This document shows, piece by piece, positions 46,253 through 53,075 of a stretch of DNA of 53,075 bases. A model generated the notes under the pieces. The model was not told where the DNA came from, ran no database searches, and saw only the letters and a program-made list of their open reading frames with translations. This DNA comes from Vitreimonas sp. Its GTDB lineage: Bacteria > Pseudomonadota > Alphaproteobacteria > Caulobacterales > Aquidulcibacteraceae. Both the position numbers and the translations under genes were made by a program. The stretch lies in assembly GCA_035546515.1 (NCBI GenBank), contig DASZWS010000125.1, forward strand, positions 1-53,075. The letters are read 5' to 3'. The number at the start of each line of letters is the position of its first letter. The stretch's first letter is position 1.

Positions 46253-47017
46253 ATGGCTGATGACGCAGGCGCATCACTGAAGGGCCGGGTCAGCGCCGAA
46301 GAATGGCAAGCGCGCGTGGACTGCGCCGCGCTCTACCGCCTGATCGCGCACTATGGCTGGGACGACATGATCTTCACGCACATCTCGATGCGCGTGCCGG
46401 GGCCCGACCACCACTTCCTGATCAACCCGTACGGCTTCATGTTCGAGGAAATCACCGCGTCGTCGCTGGTGAAGGTCGACCTCGACGGCAACATCGTTTC
46501 TCCGACCCAGTATTATATCAATCCGGCGGGCTTCACGATCCACTCGGCGATCCACGCTGCGCGCGAAGATGCGCTGTGCGTCATTCACTGCCATACCGAC
46601 GCAGGCGTCGGTGTCGCGGCGCAGAAGGATGGCCTGCTGCCGATCTCGCAGAATTCTCTGCTGGTGATCCCAAACCTCGCCTATCACGGCTATGAGGGCG
46701 TTGCGCTCAATCTCGATGAGCGCGAGCGGCTGGTGAAAGATCTAGGCGACAAGAAGCTGATGCTTCTGCGCAATCACGGCACGCTGTCGGTCGGCCAAAA
46801 CGCCGGCGACGCTTTCCTGGGCATTTTCTTTCTTGAACGTGCGTGCGCCGAACAAGTCGCCGCGCTCGCTGGCGGTCGTGAGACCGTGTTGATTGCGCCT
46901 GACGCCGCACAAGAAGAGACCCGCGGCCAGAGCAAAGGGCTGGGCATGGTGGCGGGGTTGGCATGGCCGGGGCTGAAGCGAAAACTGGACCGGCATCTGC
47001 CGGGTTACGATTCCTAG
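46253..47017 (+). CDS. Class II aldolase/adducin family protein
   Basis: FTHIS, NPAGFTIHSAIH, CVIHCHT, LRNHG. Confidence 0.92.
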   Translation: MADDAGASLKGRVSAEEWQARVDCAALYRLIAHYGWDDMIFTHISMRVPGPDHHFLINPYGFMFEEITASSLVKVDLDGNIVSPTQYYINPAGFTIHSAIHAAREDALCVIHCHTDAGVGVAAQKDGLLPISQNSLLVIPNLAYHGYEGVALNLDERERLVKDLGDKKLMLLRNHGTLSVGQNAGDAFLGIFFLERACAEQVAALAGGRETVLIAPDAAQEETRGQSKGLGMVAGLAWPGLKRKLDRHLPGYDS

Positions 47018-47703
47018 CCGGCGCAGTTGCACTCGGCGCGCCGGCGCCGGCCTTTGCCGCGGCCTGGATTGCGCCGATCGACGGTCAGGAAATTCTGACG
47101 ACGACCGCGGGGCGGCGCGAAGGCGTCAGCTATTATGAGACGTCCGGCTATATCGAAGCGCCGGCGACCGCTAACGACTCCATCGTGCTCGCGCCTTGGC
47201 TGTTGCAAGACGCGACGCAGCAATGGCGCGCTGAAGCAACGCTTGCGGCCAAACACGTTGTGTCGCGCAGCGCCCACACGGTGACTGCCGTTCAGGCCGG
47301 CGCGCTCTGGGTGTCAGAACCTCCGGCGCATTGCCAAGAAGGCGGAGCTGAGGTGCGTGTCCTTGGCGGCGCCAGCCTTCCGCACAACGCTTTCGTCAAT
47401 GTCGAACTCGCCGAGCGCGTGCTGTCCGGCGGCTGCACCGACCAGCGCGTGGACCTCACCGCTGGCGCACATGCAGGTCCACATTGGATGGCTCTCGCAC
47501 AGGTGTTTGTCGACGGACCGGACTATGGCGATGAGACCGTGAAGGCCGAGTTGTCGCTGGTGCATTTCGACAACCATGGCGGCGGCGTGCAGGTCGGTGT
47601 TCGCGATCGCATTGACGGCGGCGAGCACGAACTCGCACTTGTGCTCGCGTTCTGGACCGAACCCGGCAAGGCGCGCCGGCGCCGCTCACACTTCCGGGAC
47701 TAA
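46963..47703 (+). CDS. Hypothetical exported beta-strand-rich protein (possible outer-membrane protein)
   Basis: Signal-like LRFLAGAVALGAPAPAFAA-AW; alternating beta-strand pattern; fills the gap. Confidence 0.55.
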   Translation: MAGAEAKTGPASAGLRFLAGAVALGAPAPAFAAAWIAPIDGQEILTTTAGRREGVSYYETSGYIEAPATANDSIVLAPWLLQDATQQWRAEATLAAKHVVSRSAHTVTAVQAGALWVSEPPAHCQEGGAEVRVLGGASLPHNAFVNVELAERVLSGGCTDQRVDLTAGAHAGPHWMALAQVFVDGPDYGDETVKAELSLVHFDNHGGGVQVGVRDRIDGGEHELALVLAFWTEPGKARRRRSHFRD

Positions 47704-47715
47704 CGAAATGCGCAG

Positions 47716-48186
47716 CTAAGGCTGCTGTGACTCGACCATCAGGTACGCGATCACATCACGGCGCTGCGTGTCGTCGCGGATGCCGGCGAACGACATGCGC
47801 GTGCCGGGAATGTCGGTCATAGGCCCGGCGAGCCAGTGTTGCAGGTGATCGGCGTCCCAGGTGAAGGACTGCGCCTTCAATGCCGGGGAATAGCTGTAGC
47901 CGGCTTCAGTGGCGATGCGCCGGCCAATGACGCCGTGCAGGTTGGGGCCGACCATGTTCATGCCGCCGGCGTTGATGGTGTGGCAGGAGCGGCATTGCGC
48001 AAACACCGTGCGTCCATCCTCGTAGCTGGCGGCGTTGTACGGCGCCGGCAGTGCAGCGATCTTAGCTTGCATCTCAGCCGCTGATGGCGCCGGCGTCGTT
48101 GCAGTGGCCGTCGCTTCTGGCGGCGGACCTTCACCGCATGCGGTGAGGGTGAGCATGAAAACGACGGCGAGGGCGAAACGCATCAC
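47716..48186 (-). CDS. Cytochrome c2-like class I cytochrome c, lipoprotein
   Basis: Lipobox LTAC; CRSCH heme motif; VGPNLHG; PGTRMSF axial Met. Confidence 0.92.
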   Translation of the reverse strand: MMRFALAVVFMLTLTACGEGPPPEATATATTPAPSAAEMQAKIAALPAPYNAASYEDGRTVFAQCRSCHTINAGGMNMVGPNLHGVIGRRIATEAGYSYSPALKAQSFTWDADHLQHWLAGPMTDIPGTRMSFAGIRDDTQRRDVIAYLMVESQQP

Positions 48187-48258
48187 AAATCCTTCGCAAG
48201 AAGATTGTTTGGAAAGTTCCTCCGCGCGCGCGGCGAGGCAAGGCGGCGTAGCGCCGCG

Positions 48259-48331
48259 TGCCGCCAGAGGGACTCGAACCCCCGACCCCCTGATTACAAA
48301 TCAGGTGCTCTACCAGCTGAGCTATGGCGGC
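48259..48331 (-). tRNA. tRNA-Thr(TGT), CCA not encoded
   Basis: GCCGCCATAGCTCAGCTGGTAGAGC..TTTGTAA..GGTTCGAGTCC..GGCGGCA followed by CGC. Confidence 0.95.
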
Positions 48332-48510
48332 CCAAAACGCAGGGCGTCGCGCCTTTTGCCAGCGCGCGCGCGCGAACGGAAGAGTGCGCAATGTTGTGAA
48401 AAGGCCGAAGCAGCCTCCCCATCGCGAAATCGCTCGTCTATGGTCCGCGAAATAACCATGATGTGGACGCAACCACACGAACCTTGAGGTTTGCAGCAGG
48501 CGGGGACGCA

Positions 48511-49362
48511 ATGAGCTTTTTTGACTCACTGTTTCAGCTGATTTTCGGCCGGCGCGGATCATCACCGCCGCCGCCAGCGCCGCCACCACCGCCGCGTCCG
48601 CCGGCATCGCCACCGGCGCCGCCCCCTGCATCTCCGCCTCCGGCGCCACCACCACCGCCGCCACCGCCGCCGCCGGCACCGCCACCACCGCCGCCGCATG
48701 ACACAACTGGAACCACGCCGCCGACACCGCCTGCGCCGCCGCCGGCCGCGCCGACGGACTATCTCTCAACGCTGCATCGTCAGAACAATGCCACGCTCGC
48801 GCGCGCGGATTTCGAGGCCGTCGCGGGACGCTTGGGCTGTGAGTGGGAAGCCGTGGCGGCCGTCGCACAGGTGGAATCTGGTCCACTCGGCGGCTTCGCC
48901 GCCGACGGGCGTCCGATCATTCTGTTCGAGCGGCACCTCTTCTCGTCAAAGACGCATCGCGCCTACGACACTACGAACCCGAACGTTTCCAACAAGACGC
49001 CGGGCGGCTACCCGCGTTCGCAAGCTGATCGTTGGGCGCAACTCGCGGAGGCGTACGCGCTGGACCCGGAAGCGGCGCTGCAAAGCGCCAGCTATGGCCG
49101 CTTCCAGGTGCTAGGACAGAACTATCCCAACCTCGGTATGGCCAATGCCCATCAATACGTCAGCAAGCTGGCGATCTCGGAGAAGGACCAGCTGGAAGCG
49201 TTCGAAGGCTTCGTTAAAGCCAATCACCTGGATACCGCGCTTAAGAACAAGAATTGGGCGCAGTTCGCGGCGGGCTATAACGGGCCCGGCTACGCGGCCA
49301 ACCAGTACGATCAGAAAATGGCCAATGCTTACGCGCAGCTGAAGGCCACGCCGATTGCCTGA
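48511..49362 (+). CDS. N-acetylmuramidase (DUF3380, phage endolysin-like) with a Pro-rich N-terminus
   Basis: AVAQVES, ILFERH.F, SASYGRFQVLG.N, WAQFAAGYNGPGY..NQYD.K. Confidence 0.88.
   Translation: MSFFDSLFQLIFGRRGSSPPPPAPPPPPRPPASPPAPPPASPPPAPPPPPPPPPPAPPPPPPHDTTGTTPPTPPAPPPAAPTDYLSTLHRQNNATLARADFEAVAGRLGCEWEAVAAVAQVESGPLGGFAADGRPIILFERHLFSSKTHRAYDTTNPNVSNKTPGGYPRSQADRWAQLAEAYALDPEAALQSASYGRFQVLGQNYPNLGMANAHQYVSKLAISEKDQLEAFEGFVKANHLDTALKNKNWAQFAAGYNGPGYAANQYDQKMANAYAQLKATPIA
48565..48753 (+). repeat. Low-complexity CCG/CCA-rich polyproline-coding tract
   Basis: PPPPAPPPPPRPPASPPAPPPASPPPAPPPPPPPPPPAPPPPPP... Confidence 0.9.
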
Positions 49363-49493
49363 CTTGGCGTAGGAAAAGGAATCCGATAAGGACGGGACAT
49401 GGAACGCAAACCGCGCCAGACGATGCGAATGTGACGGAGCCGCGTTTTCGCGCTGCCCATGAACATAGTCGTATTCGTCGTTAGGTTGCTTCC

Positions 49494-51206
49494 ATGTCCC
49501 GCTTTCTGATCACGTCCGCGCTGCCGTACATCAACGGCATCAAGCATCTCGGCAATTTGGCTGGCTCGATGCTGCCTGCGGACGTGCACGCGCGCTTCCG
49601 GCGGCTTCAGGGTCACGAGGTGCTTTTCATCTGCGCCACCGATGAACACGGCACGCCCGCTGAGCTTGCCGCCGCCGAAGCGGGCCAGGACGTCCGCACC
49701 TATTGCGATGCGCAATACAAGATTCAGAAGGACGCGTGCGAAGGCTTTCGCCTCTCCTTCGATCATTTTGGCCGGTCGTCCAATCCGCCCAACCACAAGC
49801 TCACGCAGCATTTCTGCGAGGTGCTGGAAAAGAACGGCCTGATCGAAGAGCGCGTCACCAAGCAAATCTACTCGATCGATGACAAACGGTTCCTACCTGA
49901 CCGGTATGTCGAGGGCACGTGCCCGGTGTGCGGTTTTGAACGTGCGCGCGGCGATCAGTGCGACAATTGCGGTTCGCTGCTCGATCCCATCGATCTCAAG
50001 AATCCGCGCTCGAAAATCTCAGGCTCAACCAATGTCGAAGCGCGGGACACGGCGCATCTCTTCCTACTGCAGGCCAAGATGCAGGACCGCATCCGCGCCT
50101 GGGTTGACAAGGCGACCGAATGGCCGGCGCTGGCGCGGTCCATCGCCTACAAGTGGCTCGATGAAGGCCTGATCGATCGCTCGATCACGCGCGATCTCTC
50201 TTGGGGCATCAAGGTCACAAAAGACGGCAAGGTGCGTCCGGGCTTTGAGAACAAGGTGTTCTATGTCTGGTTCGACGCGCCGGTTGAGTACATCGGTTCG
50301 ACAGTCGAGTGGGCCGAAGCCAATGGCGGCAAGGATTGGGAGCGCTGGTGGCGCACCGACAAAGGCGCCAGCGACGTCACCTACATCGAGTTCATGGGCA
50401 AGGATAACGTCGCCTTCCACACGGTGAGCTTCCCCGTGACGATCATGGGTTCGGGCGAGCCATGGAAGCTGGTGGATCGCCTGAAAGCGTTCAACTGGGT
50501 CACCTGGTACGGCGGTAAATTTTCGACATCCGAAAAGCGCGGCATCTTCATGGATCAAGCGCTGGAGTTGCTGCCGAGCGATTACTGGCGCTGGTATCTG
50601 ATGGCGAATGCGCCGGAGAGCTCCGACGCGGCGTTCACGCTTGAGCAATTCCAGCAGAGCGTGAATTCGGATCTCGCCAACGTATTTGGCAACCTCATCA
50701 ATCGCATCAGCAAATTCTGCCAGTCCAAGTTCGACTCGAAAGTGCCGGACGGCGGCGCATGGGGTGCGCACGAGGAAAAATTGTGGACCGAGTTCTCCGC
50801 CCGATTGGCAGCGCTGACACAATGTCATGAGCAAATGGAGATGCGCAAAGCGGCTGCCGAGCTTCGCGCCATTTGGGTTGCGGGCAATGAATATCTGCAA
50901 AACGCTGCGCCGTGGACCGCGTTCAAGACAGATGCGAACGCCGCCGCTATCGGCGTTCGCACCGCTCTGAACTATTGCGCGCTTGCGGCGATCCTCGCGC
51001 AACCGTTCATTCCGGACGCGGCCAAAACAGTGCTCGATGCGATTGGCGTGCCGGAGAAGAACCGGATGTGGCCGAACGCGGCGGACAAGACATTGTTCGA
51101 CGCCCTGCCGCGCGGCTTGCAGATCACGCCACCGGACGTGCTGTTCAAAAAGATCGAGGATGAACAGGTCGCGGAGTGGGGCGCGCGCTTTGGAAGCGGC
51201 GGGTGA
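49494..51206 (+). CDS. metG: Methionine--tRNA ligase
   Basis: [27 protein letters not shown] zinc knuckle, YVWFDA, KFSTS. Confidence 0.98.
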   Translation: MSRFLITSALPYINGIKHLGNLAGSMLPADVHARFRRLQGHEVLFICATDEHGTPAELAAAEAGQDVRTYCDAQYKIQKDACEGFRLSFDHFGRSSNPPNHKLTQHFCEVLEKNGLIEERVTKQIYSIDDKRFLPDRYVEGTCPVCGFERARGDQCDNCGSLLDPIDLKNPRSKISGSTNVEARDTAHLFLLQAKMQDRIRAWVDKATEWPALARSIAYKWLDEGLIDRSITRDLSWGIKVTKDGKVRPGFENKVFYVWFDAPVEYIGSTVEWAEANGGKDWERWWRTDKGASDVTYIEFMGKDNVAFHTVSFPVTIMGSGEPWKLVDRLKAFNWVTWYGGKFSTSEKRGIFMDQALELLPSDYWRWYLMANAPESSDAAFTLEQFQQSVNSDLANVFGNLINRISKFCQSKFDSKVPDGGAWGAHEEKLWTEFSARLAALTQCHEQMEMRKAAAELRAIWVAGNEYLQNAAPWTAFKTDANAAAIGVRTALNYCALAAILAQPFIPDAAKTVLDAIGVPEKNRMWPNAADKTLFDALPRGLQITPPDVLFKKIEDEQVAEWGARFGSGG

Positions 51207-51700
51207 GCGTCGCGGTTCGCGTCCTCACACCGGACGATCTCGACGCCTATCGGGAACTGCATCGCTTCGGATTGGCGCACGCGCCGGAAGCATTTGCGGA
51301 AACGAGTGCGCAAGACGCCGCGCGTTCCGACGAAGAGGTGGCTAGTGATCTCGCTCGGGGCGAAACCTGGGGCGCGTTTCTGAATGATCGTCTCATTGGC
51401 AAGCTCGTGATCGACGCGCCGCCGTGGGCTGCCTTTCAGCACACGCGGTGGCTGCATGGGGTTTATGTCCATCCCGATGCGCGCGGCGCCGGCGCAGCCG
51501 ATGCGCTGATGCGGGGTGCGCTCGCACATGCGAAGGCGGCGGGGGCGTTCATTGCCGTTCTCTGGGTGAACGAGAAAAACGCCGCTGCGCTAAAGTTTTA
51601 CGAGCGTTTTGGTTTCCGTGAGGTTGGCCGCATCGCCAAAGGCATCGCCGTGAAGGGCGCTTATGTCGATGACGTCATGATGCGTTTGGAACTCGAATAG
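51203..51700 (+). CDS. GNAT family N-acetyltransferase
   Basis: [24 protein letters not shown]; GTGA overlap with metG. Confidence 0.9.
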   Translation: MSVAVRVLTPDDLDAYRELHRFGLAHAPEAFAETSAQDAARSDEEVASDLARGETWGAFLNDRLIGKLVIDAPPWAAFQHTRWLHGVYVHPDARGAGAADALMRGALAHAKAAGAFIAVLWVNEKNAAALKFYERFGFREVGRIAKGIAVKGAYVDDVMMRLELE

Positions 51701-51804
51701 CGAGGGAACTTTGCCCCTCGAAACCATAGACGCGCCAAACTTTCGTCCTTAACACTTGGGGACAAATGCGCCCGCTGGGGAAGGCGTAAACGGAGAGGGG
51801 CATC

Positions 51805-52140
51805 ATGGAGTACGTCGATCAAGCGGTGAGCACGCTTCGCGCGGGTTTTGGCGAAATCAATCATCCACAAGGCCTCATCATCGCGCTCATCGCGGCTCTG
51901 TTGATGCCGTCGTGGCGCCAATGGCTGCCTATGTCGCTTCTGGCGACCGTTGTGCATATCGCCGTCGACAAGCTTCCCGACATTTTGCGCGGCGGCGGCT
52001 TGCCGGATTTCACACAGCCGAAATTCTGGACCGACGCGGGGGCGTATTTCCTTGGCTATTTGGTGATCATCGCCGTGTTCTTCCTGCTGAAAAGCATGGT
52101 GATACGGCCCAGCGGCGGCAAAGCCGCGAAGGCTCACTGA
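51805..52140 (+). CDS. Small hypothetical membrane protein
   Basis: GAGGGG RBS; about three hydrophobic segments. Confidence 0.7.
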   Translation: MEYVDQAVSTLRAGFGEINHPQGLIIALIAALLMPSWRQWLPMSLLATVVHIAVDKLPDILRGGGLPDFTQPKFWTDAGAYFLGYLVIIAVFFLLKSMVIRPSGGKAAKAH

Positions 52141-52919
52141 CGCTTCTGCGCCTCGTAGAGCGCGATCGCTGCAGCAACGGATACGTTGAGGCTCTCCATC
52201 GTCGAGGCGATGGGGATGCGTACGCGCTTCTCGCACGCTTCCGCCACGCCTTCGCGCAAGCCCTTGCCTTCGGCGCCCAGGACCAGCGCAGCGGGGCGTT
52301 GGTCTTTGAGCGCATCGGCGATCGCCAAATCGGTTTCGCCCTCTAAGCCGAGCGTCAGATACCCCATCCCGCGCAGCGCCTCGATGGTGCGTGCAATGTT
52401 GGTGACGCGAACATGCGGGACGAGTTCGATCGCCCCGGCTGCCGCTTTGGCCAATACGCCAGTCAGAGGCGGGGATTTGCGGTCCTGCAGGATGACCGCG
52501 CGCGCGCCGAATGCGGCCGCTGAACGAAAGGCCGCGCCCACATTCTGCGGATCGGTGACCCCATCAAGAATGAGCACGCTGCGCGTATCGGCCGGCGCGC
52601 ACGCCGCTTCCAGGTCGAGCGGCTCGATCGGCGCGGCGCGCACCGCCAAGCCCTGGTGCACCGCACCGGGCGGCAGCATGCCGTCGATAGCGTCGGGGCC
52701 GAGGATGTGCGCTTCGACGCCGGCTGGCAGTTTCAGCGCGGCGTTACGCGTTGCGACAACGCGCTCGATTTTGCGCGCCGGATTGGCAAGCGCCGCCAAG
52801 CTCGCATGCACGCCCCAAATCCACGATGGCCCGCCGGTTTCTTCCTCAAATTGCCTGCGTGGCAGCTTGTCGGGCGGAATGCGGTGCGAATGAGCAGGGC
52901 GGTGTGGTGGGCGGGACAC
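52134..52919 (-). CDS. rlmB: 23S rRNA Gm2251 methyltransferase (TrmH/SPOUT family)
   Basis: HQG, LDGVTDPQNVGA..RSA, LVLGAEGKGLR, ESLNVSVAA. Confidence 0.9.
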   Translation of the reverse strand: MSRPPHRPAHSHRIPPDKLPRRQFEEETGGPSWIWGVHASLAALANPARKIERVVATRNAALKLPAGVEAHILGPDAIDGMLPPGAVHQGLAVRAAPIEPLDLEAACAPADTRSVLILDGVTDPQNVGAAFRSAAAFGARAVILQDRKSPPLTGVLAKAAAGAIELVPHVRVTNIARTIEALRGMGYLTLGLEGETDLAIADALKDQRPAALVLGAEGKGLREGVAEACEKRVRIPIASTMESLNVSVAAAIALYEAQKRQ

Positions 52920-52956
52920 TTGATTTGCCTCGCCAACGCGCTTCTAGCGCGAAGGC

Positions 52957-53042
52957 TGGTGGAAGGGGCTGGATTCGAACCAGCGTACGCTCGCGCGGGC
53001 AGATTTACAGTCTGCTGCCATTAACCACTCGGCCACCCTTCC
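52957..53042 (-). tRNA. tRNA-Tyr(GTA)
   Basis: GGAAGGGTGGCCGAGTGG..CTGTAAA, long variable arm, GGTTCGAATCC..TTCCACCA. Confidence 0.97.
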
Positions 53043-53075
53043 GCCGGGAGGCGGCTATCTAGCGGCGATGAACGA

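Noticed and set aside
48172-48187. GGCGA-N6-TCACA CRP-like match
   Set aside because: Two mismatches and overlapping the cytochrome c start; likely chance
48565-48753. Repeat array resembling CRISPR or a tandem repeat element
   Set aside because: In-frame polyproline codons with no repeat-spacer structure; no cas genes
51701-51720. Hairpin CGAGGG..CCCTCG and a GGAAC after the GNAT gene
   Set aside because: No U-tract and no correctly spaced GTT, so neither a terminator nor an EcfG promoter is supported

Overview
A GC-rich chromosomal segment of an alphaproteobacterium. popZ, a tRNA-His lacking G-1, a DUF2336 gene and CtrA/EcfG-like motifs point to Caulobacterales/Hyphomonadaceae, which is an inference. 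It holds about 46 CDSs and six tRNAs (Asn, Cys, Phe, His, Thr, Tyr, all on the minus strand). I saw no integrase, transposase, rRNA or CRISPR array. The housekeeping backbone is pcm-popZ-valS, metG, NAD kinase, rlmB, cfa, CobW/WD40 and AsmA. The most notable items are: (1) a compact his operon led by a TrpR-like repressor with a candidate operator, containing an in-frame HisD-HisB(IGPD) fusion; (2) a candidate ~70-nt sRNA between tRNA-Cys and tRNA-Asn; (3) a two-Crp islet 3' of tRNA-Phe with three TGTGA-N6-TCACA boxes, a PAS-like protein with a decayed HTH and a His-less HPt-like ORF; (4) a translationally coupled CphA-like ATP-grasp plus FolC-like ligase pair, followed by a patatin and a tandem RyR-repeat protein; (5) an orphan phage-type muramidase with a polyproline linker. 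All calls come from reading motifs by eye; no searches were run. Several start codons were moved from the ORF track using RBS and overlap evidence.
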